A DNA stretch of 64,000 bases from Eledone cirrhosa. Its lineage: Eukaryota. Position numbers and translations under genes: made by a program. Positions 40,801 to 53,800 of the stretch are shown here, piece by piece. The notes under the pieces are model-generated. The model was not told the DNA's origin and made no database searches. It was given only the letters and a program-made list of their open reading frames with translations. The DNA is taken from assembly GCA_964016885.1 (NCBI GenBank), contig OZ024744.1:24118001-24182000 (forward strand), written 5' to 3'. How positions within the stretch are numbered: position 1 is the stretch's first letter; every line of letters begins with the position of its first letter.

Positions 40801-43800
40801 ATCTTAAGATATAACTCGTATTAACAACAGTTGAATCTTAAGAACTGACACGTTTTATCAACAGTTCAACCTTAAGAACTGACTCGTTTTAACAACAGTT
40901 GAATCTTCAAATAAAACTCGTTTTAACAACAGTTGAATCTAAAGAACTGACTCGTTTTAACAACAGTTGAATCTTAAGATAAAACTCGTTTTAACAACAG
41001 TTGAATCTTAAGAACTGACTCATTTTAACAACAGTTGAATCTTAAGATACAACTCGTTTTAACAATAGCTGAATCTTAAGATTAATCTCGTTTTAACAAC
41101 AGTTGAATCTTAAGACAAAACCCGTTTTAACAACAGCTGAATCTTAAGATAAAACTCGTATTAACAACAGTTGAATCTTAAGAACTGACTCGTTTTAACA
41201 ACAGTTCAAACTTAAGAACTGACTCGTGTTAACAACAGCTGAATCTTAAGATGAAACTCGTTTTAACAACAGTTGAATCTTAAGAACTGATTCGTTTTAA
41301 CAACAGCTGAATCTTAAGATAAACTCGTTTTAACAACAGTTGAATCTTAAGATAAAACTTGTTTTAACAACAGTTGTATCTTAAGAACTGATTCGTTTTA
41401 ACAACAGATGAATCTTAAGATAATCCTCGTTTTAACAACAGTTGCATCTTGAGAACTGGCTCGTTTAAACAACAGTTGAATCTTAAGATAAAACTCGTTT
41501 TAACAACAGTTGAATCCTAAGAACTGACTCGTTTTAACAACAGTTGAATCTTAAGATAAAACTCGTTTTAACAACAGTTGAATCTTAAGAACTGACTCAT
41601 TTTAACAACAGTTGAATCTTAAGATAAATCTCGTTTTAACAACAGCTGAATCTTAAGATTAAACTCGTTTTAACAACAGTTGAATCTTAAGACAAAACCC
41701 GTTTTAACAACAGTTGAATCTTAAGAACTGTCTCGTTTTAACGACAGTTGAATATTAAGAACTGACTCGTTTTAACAACAGTTTAATCTTAAGAACTGAC
41801 TCGTTTTAACAACAGTTGAATCTTAAGATAAAACTCGTTTTAACAACAGTTGAATCTTAAGAACTGACTCGTTTTAACAACAGTTGAATCTTAAGATAAA
41901 ACTCGTTTTAACAACAGTTGAATCTTAAGAACTGACTCATTTTAACAACAGTTGAATCTTAAGATAAATCTCGTTTTAACAACAGCTGAATCTTAAGATT
42001 AAACTCGTTTTAACAACAGTTGAATCTTAAGACAAAACCCGTTTTAACAACAGTTGAATCTTAATAACTGTCTCGTTTTAACGACAGTTGAATCTTAAGA
42101 ACTGACTCGTTTTAACAACAGTTTAATCTTAAGAACTGACTCGTTTTAACAACAGTTGAATCTTAAGATAAAATTCGTTTTAACGACAGTTGAATCTTAA
42201 GAACTGACTCGTTTTATAAACAGTTCAACCTTAAGAACTGACTCGTTTTAACAACTGTTGAATCTTCAAATAAAACTCGTTTTAACAACAGTTGAATCTT
42301 AAGAACTGTCTCGTTTTAACAACAGTTGAATCTTAAGAACTGACTCGTTTTAACAACAGTTGAATCTTATGATAAAACTCATTTTAACAACAGTTGAATC
42401 TTAAGAACTAACTCGTTTTAACAACAGTTGAATCTTAAGAACTGACTCGTTTTAACAACAGTTGAATCTTAAGAACTGACTCGTTTTAACAACAGTTGAA
42501 TCTTCAAATAAAACTCGTTTTAACAACAGTTGAATATTAAGAACAGACTCGTTTTAACAGTAGTTGAATCTTAATATAAAACTCGTTTTAACAACAGTTG
42601 AATCTTTAGATAAACCTCGTTTTAACAACAGTTTAATCTTAAGAACTGACTCGTTTTAACAACAGTTGAACCTTATATAACATTCGTTTTAACAACAGTT
42701 GAATCTTAAGAACTGATTCGTTTTAACAACAGTTCAAACTTAAGAACTGACTCGTTTTAACAACAGCTGAATCTTAAGATGAAACTCGTTTTAACAACAG
42801 TTGCATCTTAAGAACTGACTCGTTTTAACAACAGTTGAATCTTAAGATAAAACTCGTTTTAACAACAGTTGAATCTTAAGAACTGTCTCGTTTTAACAAC
42901 AGTTGAATCTTAAGAACTGACTCGTTTTAACAACAGTTGAATCTTATGATAAAACTCATTTTAACAACAGTTGAATCTTAAGAACTAACTCGTTTTAACA
43001 ACAGTTGAATCTTAAGAACTGACTCGTTTTAACAACAGTTGAATCTTAAGAACTGACTCGTTTTATAAACAGTTCAACCTTAAGAACTGACTCGTTTTAA
43101 CAACAGTTGAATCTTCAAATAAAACTCGTTTTAACAACAGTTGAATATTAAGAACTGACTCGTTTTAACAGTAGTTGAATCTTAATATAAAACTCGTTTT
43201 AACAACAGTTGAATCTTTAGATAAACCTCGTTTTAACAACAGTTTAATCTTAAGAACTGACTCGTTTTAACAACAGTTGAACCTTATATAACATTCGTTT
43301 TAACAACAGTTGAATCTTAAGAACTGATTCGTTTTAACAACAGTTCAAACTTAAGAACTGACTCGTTTTAACAACAGCTGAATCTTAAGATGAAACTCGT
43401 TTTAACAACAGTTGAATCTTAAGAACTGACTCGTTTTAACAACAGATGAATCTTAAGATAAACCTCGTTTTAACAACAGTTGAATCTTAAGAACTGATTC
43501 GTTTTAACAACAGCTGAATCTTAAGATAAACTCATTTTAACAACAGCTGAATCTTAAGATAAAACTCGTTTTAACAACAGTTGAATCTTAAGAACTGATT
43601 CGTTTTAACAACAGATGAATCTTAAGATAAAACTCGTTTTAACAACAGTTGCATCTTAAGAACTGGCTCGTTTAAACAACAGTTGAATCTTAAGGTAAAA
43701 CTCGTTTTAACAACAGTTGAATCTTAAGAACTGACTCGTTTTAACAACAGTTAAATCTTAAGATAAAACTCGTTTTAACAACAGTTGAATCTTAAGAACT

Positions 43801-46800
43801 GACTCGTTTTATCAACAGTTCAACCTTAAGAACTGACTGGTTTTAACAACAGTTGAATCTACAAATAAAACTCGTTTTAACAACAGTTGAATCTAAAGAA
43901 CTGACTCGTTTTAACAACAGTTGAATCTTAAAATAAAACTCGTTTTAACAACAGTTGAATCTTAAGAACTGACTCATTTTAACAACAGTTGAATCTTAAG
44001 ATAAAACTCGTTTTAACAACAGCTGAATCTTAAGATTAAACTCGTTTTAACAACAGTTGAATCTTAAGACAAAACCCGTTTTAACAACAGTTGAATCTTA
44101 AGAACTGTCTCGTTTTAACGACAGTTGAATCTTAAGAACTGACTCATTTTAACAACAGTTGAATCTTCAAATAAAACTCGTTTTAACAACAGTTGGATCT
44201 TAAGAACTGATTCGTTTTAACAACAGCTGAATCTTAAGATAAACTCGTTTTAACAACAGTTGAATCTTAAGATAAAACTCGTTTTAACTACAGTTGAATC
44301 TTAAGAACTGACTCGTTTTAACAACAGCTGAATCTTAAGATAAAACTCGTTTTAACAACAGTTGAATCTTAAGAACTGATTCGTTTTAACAACAGATGAA
44401 TCTTAAGATAAACCTCGTTTTATCAACAGTTGCATCTTAAGAACTGGCTCGTTGAAACAACAGTTGAATTTTAAGATAAAACTCGTTTTAACAACAGTTG
44501 AATCTTAAGAACTGACTCGTTTTATCAACAGTTCAACCTTAAGAACTGACTCATTTTAACAACAGTTGAATCTTCAAATAAAACTCGTATTAACAACAGT
44601 TGAATCTTAAGAACTGACTCGTTTTATCAACAGTTCAACCTTAAGAACTGACTCGTTTTAACAACAGTTGAATCTTCAAATAAAACTCGTTTTAACAACA
44701 GTTGAATCTAAAGAACTGACTCGTTTTAACAACAGTTGAATCTTAAGATAAAACTAGTTTTAACAACAGTTGAATCTTAAGAACTGACTCATTTTAACAA
44801 CAGTTGAATCTTAATATAAAACTCGTTTTAACAACAGCTGAATCTTAAGATTAAACTCGTTTTAACAACAGTTGAATCTTAAGACAAAACCCGTTTTAAC
44901 AACAGTTGAATCTTAAGAACTGTCTCGTTTTAACGACAGTTGAATCTTAAGAACTGACTCGTTTTAACAACAGCTGAATCTTAAGAACTGTCTCGTTTTA
45001 ACGACAGTTGAATCTTAAGAACTGACTCGTTTTAACAGCAGTTGAATCTTAATATAAAACTCGTTTTAACAACAGTTGAATCTTAAGATAAAACTCGTTT
45101 TAACAACAGTTGAATCTTAAGAACTAACTCGTTTTAACAACAGTTGAATCTTAAGAACTAACTCGTTTTAACAACAGTTGAATCTTAAGATAAAACTCGT
45201 TTTAACAACAGTTGAATCTTAAGAACTGACTCGTTTTAACAACAGCTGAATCTTAAGATAAAACTCGTATTAACAACAGTTGAATCTTAAGAACTGACAC
45301 GTTTTATCAACAGTTCAACCTTAAGAACTGACTCGTTTTAACAACAGTTGAATCTTCAAATAAAACTCGTTTTAACAACAGTTGAATCTTAAGAACTGAC
45401 TCATTTTAACAACAGTTGAATCTTAAGATACAACTCGTTTTAACAACAGCTGAATCTTAAGATTAATCTCGTTTTAACAACAGTTGAATCTTAAGACAAA
45501 ACCCGTTTTAACAACAGTTGAATCTTAAGAACTGTCTCGATTTAACGACAGTTGAATCTTAAGAACTGGCTCGTTTTAACAACAGCTGAATCTTAAGATT
45601 AAACTCGTTTTAACAACAGTTGAATCTTAAAAACTGACTCGTTTTAACAACAGTTGAATCTTAAGATAAAATTCGTTTTAACAACAGTTGAATCTTAAGA
45701 ACTGTCTCGTTTTAACAACAGTTGAATCTTAAGATAAACCTCGTTTTAACAACAGTTTAATCTTAAAAACTGACTCGTTTTAACAACAGTTGAATCTTAA
45801 GATAAAATTCGTTTTAACAACAGTTGAATCTTAAGAACTGATTCGTTTTAACAACAGTTCAAACTTAAGAACTGACTCGTTTTAACAACAGTTGAATCTT
45901 ATGATAAAACTCATTTTAACAACAGTTGAATCTTAAGAACTGATTCGTTTTAACAACAGATGAATCTTAAGATAAACCTTGTTTTAACAACAGTTGAATC
46001 TTAAGAACTGTCTCGATTTAACGACAGTTGAATCTTAAGAACTGACTCGTTTTAACAACAGTTGAATCTTACGATAAAACTCGTTTTAACATCAGTTGAA
46101 TCTTAAGAACTGACTAATTTTAACAACAGCTGAATCTTAAGATAAAACTCGTTTTAACAACAGTTGAATCTTAAGAACTGACTCGTTTTAACAACAGTTG
46201 AATCTTATGATAAAACTCATTTTAACAACAGTTGAATGTTAAGATAAAACTCGTTTTAACAACAGTTGAATCTTAAGAACTGACTCTTTTTAACAACAGT
46301 TGAATGTTAAGATAAAACTCGTTTTAACAACAGTTGAATCTTAAGAACTGACTCGTTTTAACAACAGTTGAATCTTAAGAACTGACTCGTTTTAACAACA
46401 GTTGAATCTTATGATAAAACCCATTTTAACAACAGTTGAATCTTAAGATTAAACTCGTTTTAACAACAGTTGAATCTTAAGAACTAACTCGTTTTAACGA
46501 CAGTTGAATCTTAAGATAAAACTCGTTTTAACAACAGTTGAATCTTAAGAACTGACTCGTTTTAACAACAGCTGAATCTTAAGATAAAACTCGTATTAAC
46601 AACAGTTGAATCTTAAGAACTGACACGTTTTATCAACAGTTCAACCTTAAGAACTGACTCGTTTTAACAACAGTTAAATCTTCAAATAAAACCCGTTTTA
46701 ACAACAGTTGAATCTAAAGAACTGACTCGTTTTAACAACAGTTGAATCTTAAGATAAAACTCGTTTTAACAACAGTTGAATCTTAAGAACTGACTCATTT

Positions 46801-49800
46801 TAACAACAGTTGAATCTTAAGATACAACTCGTTTTAACAATAGCTGAATCTTAAGATTAATCTCGTTTTAACAACAGTTGAATCTTAAGACAAAACCCGT
46901 TTTAACAACAGCTGAATCTTAAGATAAAACTCGTATTAACAACAGTTGAATCTTAAGAACTGACTCGTTTTAACAACAGTTCAAACTTAAGAACTGACTC
47001 GTGTTAACAACAGCTGAATCTTAAGATGAAACTCGTTTTAACAACAGTTGAATCTTAAGAACTGATTCGTTTTAACAACAGCTGAATCTTAAGATAAACT
47101 CGTTTTAACAACAGTTGAATCTTAAGATAAAACTTGTTTTAACAACAGTTGTATCTTAAGAACTGATTCGTTTTAACAACAGATGAATCTTAAGATAATC
47201 CTCGTTTTAACAACAGTTGCATCTTGAGAACTGGCTCGTTTAAACAACAGTTGAATCTAAAGATAAAACTCGTTTTAACAACAGTTGAATCTTAAGAACT
47301 GACTCGTTTTAACAACATTTGAATCTTAAGATAAAACTCGTTTTAACAACAGTTGAATCTTAAGAACTGACTCATTTTAACAACAGTTGAATCTTAAGAT
47401 AAATCTCGTTTTAACAACAGCTGAATCTTAAGATTAAACTCGTTTTAACAACAGTTGAATCTTAAGACAAAACCCGTTTTAACAACAGTTGAATCTTAAG
47501 AACTGTCTCGTTTTAACGACAGTTGAATCTTAAGAACTGACTCGTTTTAACAACAGCTGAATCTTAAGATTAAACTCGTTTTAACAACAGTTGAATCTTA
47601 AGACAAAACCCGTTTTAACAACAGTTGAATCTTAAGAACTGTCTCGTTTTAACAACAGTTGAATCTTAAGATAAACCTCGTTTTAACAAAAGTTTAATCT
47701 TAAGAACTGACTCGTTTTAACAACAGTTGAATCTTAAGATAAAATTCGTTTTAACAACAGTTGAATCTTAAGAACTGACTCGTTTTATAAACAGTTCAAC
47801 CTTAAGAACTGACTCGTTTTAACAACTGTTGAATCTTCAAATAAAACTCGTTTTAACAACAGTTGAATATTAAGAACTGACTCGTTTTAACAACAGGTGA
47901 ATTTTAAGATAAAACTCGTTTTAACAACAGTTGAATCTTAAGAACTGACTCGTTTTATCAACAGTTCAACCTTAAGAACTGACTCCTTTTAACAAAAGTT
48001 GAATCTTCAAATAAAACTCGTTTTAACAACAGTTGAATGTTAAGAACTGATTCGTTTTAACAACAGCTGAATCTTAAGATAAACTCGTTTTAACAACAGT
48101 TGAATCTTAAGATAAACCTCGTTTTAACAACAGTTTAATCTTAAGAACTGACTCGTTTTAACAACAGTTGAATCTTAAGAACTGACTCGTTTTAACAACA
48201 GTTGAAGTTTAAGATAAAACTCGTTTTAACAACAGTTGGATCTTAAGAACTGACTCATTTTAACAACAGTTGAATCTTAAGATACAACTCGTTTTAACAA
48301 CAGCTGAATCTTAAGATTAATCTCGTTTTAACAACAGTTGAATCTTAAGACAAAACCCGTTTTAACAACAGTTGAATCTTAAGAACTGTCTCGATTTAAC
48401 GACAGTTGAATCTTAAGAACTGGCTCGTTTTAACAACAGCTGAATCTTAAGATTAAACTCGTTTTAACAACAGTTGAATCTTAAGACAAAACCCGTTTTA
48501 ACAACAGTTGAATCTTAAGAACTGTCTCGTTTTAACAACAGTTGAATCTTAAGATAAACCTCGTTTTAACAACAGTTTAATCTTAAAAACTGACTCGTTT
48601 TAACAACAGTTGAATCTTAAGATAAAATTCGTTTTAACAACAATTGAATCTTAAGAACTGATTCGTTTTAACAACAGTTCAAACTTAAGAACTGACTCGT
48701 TTTAACAACAGTTGAATCTTATGATAAAACTCATTTTAACAACAGTTGAATCTTAAGAACTGATTCGTTTTAACAACAGATGAATCTTAAGATAAACCTT
48801 GTTTTAACAACAGTTGAATCTTAAGAACTGTCTCGATTTAACGACAGTTGAATCTTAAGAACTGACTCGTTTTAACAACAGTTGAATCTTACGATAAAAC
48901 TCGTTTTAACATCAGTTGAATCTTAAGAACTGACTAATTTTAACAACAGCTGAATCTTAAGATAAAACTCGTTTTAACAACAGTTGAATCTTAAGAACTG
49001 ACTCGTTTTAACAACAGTTGAATCTTATGATAAAACTCATTTTAACAACAGTTGAATGTTAAGATAAAACTCGTTTTAACAACAGTTGAATCTTAAGAAC
49101 TGACTCTTTTTAACAACAGTTGAATGTTAAGATAAAACTCGTTTTAACAACAGTTGAATCTTAAGAACTGACTCGTTTTAACAACAGTTGAATCTTAAGA
49201 ACTGACTCGTTTTAACAACAGTTGAATCTTATGATAAAACCCATTTTAACAACAGTTGAATCTTAAGATTAAACTCGTTTTAACAACAGTTGAATCTTAA
49301 GAACTGACTCGTTTTAACAACAGCTGAATCTTAAGATATAACTCGTATTAACAACAGTTGAATCTTAAGAACTGACACGTTTTATCAACAGTTCAACCTT
49401 AAGAACTGACTCGTTTTAACAACAGTTGAATCTTCAAATAAAACTCGTTTTAACAACAGTTGAATCTAAAGAACTGACTCGTTTTAACAACAGTTGAATC
49501 TTAAGATAAAACTCGTTTTAACAACAGTTGAATCTTAAGAACTGACTCATTTTAACAACAGTTGAATCTTAAGATACAACTCGTTTTAACAATAGCTGAA
49601 TCTTAAGATTAATCTCGTTTTAACAACAGTTGAATCTTAAGACAAAACCCGTTTTAACAACAGCTGAATCTTAAGATAAAACTCGTATTAACAACAGTTG
49701 AATCTTAAGAACTGACTCGTTTTAACAACAGTTCAAACTTAAGAACTGACTCGTGTTAACAACAGCTGAATCTTAAGATGAAACTCGTTTTAACAACAGT

Positions 49801-50824
49801 TGAATCTTAAGAACTGATTCGTTTTAACAACAGCTGAATCTTAAGATAAACTCGTTTTAACAACAGTTGAATCTTAAGATAAAACTTGTTTTAACAACAG
49901 TTGTATCTTAAGAACTGATTCGTTTTAACAACAGATGAATCTTAAGATAATCCTCGTTTTAACAACAGTTGCATCTTGAGAACTGGCTCGTTTAAACAAC
50001 AGTTGAATCTTAAGATAAAACTCGTTTTAACAACAGTTGAATCCTAAGAACTGACTCGTTTTAACAACAGTTGAATCTTAAGATAAAACTCGTTTTAACA
50101 ACAGTTGAATCTTAAGAACTGACTCATTTTAACAACAGTTGAATCTTAAGATAAATCTCGTTTTAACAACAGCTGAATCTTAAGATTAAACTCGTTTTAA
50201 CAACAGTTGAATCTTAAGACAAAACCCGTTTTAACAACAGTTGAATCTTAAGAACTGTCTCGTTTTAACGACAGTTGAATATTAAGAACTGACTCGTTTT
50301 AACAACAGTTTAATCTTAAGAACTGACTCGTTTTAACAACAGTTGAATCTTAAGATAAAACTCGTTTTAACAACAGTTGAATCTTAAGAACTGACTCGTT
50401 TTAACAACAGTTGAATCTTAAGATAAAACTCGTTTTAACAACAGTTGAATCTTAAGAACTGACTCATTTTAACAACAGTTGAATCTTAAGATAAATCTCG
50501 TTTTAACAACAGCTGAATCTTAAGATTAAACTCGTTTTAACAACAGTTGAATCTTAAGACAAAACCCGTTTTAACAACAGTTGAATCTTAATAACTGTCT
50601 CGTTTTAACGACAGTTGAATCTTAAGAACTGACTCGTTTTAACAACAGTTTAATCTTAAGAACTGACTCGTTTTAACAACAGTTGAATCTTAAGATAAAA
50701 TTCGTTTTAACGACAGTTGAATCTTAAGAACTGACTCGTTTTATAAACAGTTCAACCTTAAGAACTGACTCGTTTTAACAACTGTTGAATCTTCAAATAA
50801 AACTCGTTTTAACAACAGTTGAAT
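33743..50824. repeat. Tandem block duplication, 2 x 8527 bp (251 monomers less 7 bp)
   Basis: Markers at offset 8527: GAACCTTATA 34141/42668, AAAACTAG (G at 36230/44757), CAATTG 40114/48641, GATATAAC 40808/49335, TTAATAACTG 42061/50588. Confidence 0.94.
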
Positions 50825-53800
50825 ATTAAGAACTGACTCGTTTTAACAGCAGTTGAATCTTAATCTAAAACTCGTTTTAATAACAGTTGAAGCTTAAGAT
50901 AAAACTCGTTTTAACAACAGTTGAATCTTAAGAACTTGCTCGTGTTAACAACAGGTGAATTTTAAGATAAAACTCGTTTTAACAACAGTTGAATCTTAAG
51001 AACTGACTCGTTTTATCAACAGTTCAACCTTAAGAACTGACTCCTTTTAACAAAAGTTGAATCTTCAAATAAAACTCGTTTTAACAACAGTTGAATGTTA
51101 AGAACTGATTCGTTTTAACAACAGCTGAATCTTAAGATAAACTCGTTTTAACAACAGTTGAATCTTAAGATAAACCTCGTTTTAACAACAGTTTAATCTT
51201 AAGTACTGACTCGTTTTAACAACAGTTGAATCTTAAGATAAAACTCGTTTTAACAACAGTTTAATTTTAAGATAAAACTCGTTTTAACAACAGTTGAATC
51301 TTAAGAACTGACTCGTTTTAATAACAGTTGAATCTTAAGATAAAACTCGTTTTAACAACAGTTGAATCTTAAGAACTGACTCGTTTTAACAACAGTTGAA
51401 GTTTAAGATAAAACTCGTTTTAACAACAGTTGAATCTTAAGAACTGACTCGTTTTATCAACAGTTCAGCCTTAAGAACTGACTCATTTTAACAAAAGTTG
51501 AATCTTCAAATAAAACTCGTTTTAACAACAGTTGAATGTTAAGAACTGATTCGTTTTAACAACAGCTGAATCTTAAGATAAACTCGTTTTAACAACAGTT
51601 GAATCTTAAGATAAACCTCGTTTTAACAACAGTTTAATCTTAAGAACTGACTCGTTTTAACAACAGTTGAATCTTAAGATAAAATTCGTTTTAACAACAG
51701 TTGCATCTTAAGAACTGACTCGTTTTAACAACAGTTGAATCTTAAGATAAAACTCGTTTTAACAACAGTTGAATCTTAAGAACTGTCTCGTTTTAACAAC
51801 AGTTGAATCTTAAGAACTGACTCGTTTTAACAACAGTTGAATCTTATGATAAAACTCATTTTAACAACAGTTGAATCTTAAGAACTAACTCGTTTTAACA
51901 ACAGTTGAATCTTAAGAACTGACTCGTTTTAACAACAGTTGAATCTTCAAATAAAACTCGTTTTAACAACAGTTGAATATTAAGAACAGACTCGTTTTAA
52001 CAGTAGTTGAATCTTAATATAAAACTCGTTTTAACAACAGTTGAATCTTTAGATAAACCTCGTTTTAACAACAGTTTAATCTTAAGAACTGACTCGTTTT
52101 AACAACAGTTGAACCTTATATAACATTCGTTTTAACAACAGTTGAATCTTAAGAACTGATTCGTTTTAACAACAGCTGAATCTTAAGATAAACTCATTTT
52201 AACAACAGCTGAATCTTAAGATAAAACTCGTTTTAACAACAGTTGAATCTTAAGAACTGATTCGTTTTAACAACAGATGAATCTTAAGATAAACCTCGTT
52301 TTAACAACGGTTGCATCTTAAGAACTGGCTCGTTTAAACAACAGTTGAATCTTAAGGTAAAACTCGTTTTAACAACAGTTGAATCTTAAGAACTGACTCG
52401 TTTTAACAACAGTTAAACCTTAAGATAAAACTCGTTTTAACAACAGTTGAATCTTAAGAACTGACTCGTTTTATCAACAGTTCACCCTTAAGAACTGACT
52501 GGTTTTAACAACAGTTGAATCTGCAAATAAAACTCGTTTTAACAACAGTTGAATCTAAAGAACTGACTCGTTTTAACAACAGTTGAATCTTAAAATAAAA
52601 CTCGTTTTAACAACAGTTGAATCTTAAGAACTGACTCATTTTAACAACAGTTGAATCTTAAGTTAAAACTCGTTTTAACAACAGCTGAATCTTAAGATTA
52701 AACTCGTTTTAACAACAGTTGAATCTTAAGACAAAACCCGTTTTAACAACAGTTGAATCTTAAGAACTGTCTCGTTTTAACGACAGTTGAATCTTAAGAA
52801 CTGACTCATTTTAACAACAGTTGAATCTTCAAATAAAACTCGTTTTAACAACAGTTGGATCTTAAGAACTGATTCGTTTTAACAACAGCTGAATCTTAAG
52901 ATAAACTCGTTTTAACAACAGTTGAATCTTAAGATAAAACTCGTTTTAACTACAGTTGAATCTTAAGAACTGACTCGTTTTAACAACAGCTGAATCTTAA
53001 GATAAAACTCGTTTTAACAACAGTTGAATCTTAAGAACTGATTCGTTTTAACAACATATGAATCTTAAGATAAACCTCGTTTTATCAACAGTTGCATCTT
53101 AAGAACTGGCTCGTTGAAACAACAGTTGAATTTTAAGATAAAACTCGTTTTAACAACAGTTGAATCTTAAGAACTGACTCGTTTTATCAACAGTTCAACC
53201 TTAAGAACTGACTCATTTTAACAACAGTTGAATCTTCAAATAAAACTCGTATTAACAACAGTTGAATCTTAAGAACTGACTCGTTTTATCAACAGTTCAA
53301 CCTTAAGAACTGACTCGTTTTAACAATAGTTTAATCTTCAAATAAAACTCGTTTTAACAACAGTTGAATCTAAAGAACTGACTCGTTTTAACAACAGTTG
53401 AATCTTAAGATAAAACTCGTTTTAACAACAGTTGAATCTTAAGAACTGACTCATTTTAACAACAGTTGAATCTTAATATAAAACTCGTTTTAACAACAGC
53501 TGAATCTTAAGATTAAACTCGTTTTAACAACAGTTGAATCTTAAGACAAAACCCGTTTTAACAACAGTTGAATCTTAAGAACTGTCTCGTTTTAACGACA
53601 GTTGAATCTTAAGAACTGACTCGTTTTAACAACAGCTGAATCTTAAGATATAACTCGTATTAACAACAGTTGAATCTTAAGAACTGACACGTTTTATCAA
53701 CAGTTCAACCTTAAGAACTGACTCGTTTTAACAACAGTTGAATCTTCAAATAAAACTCGTTTTAACAACAGTTGAATCTAAAGAACTGACTCGTTTTAAC

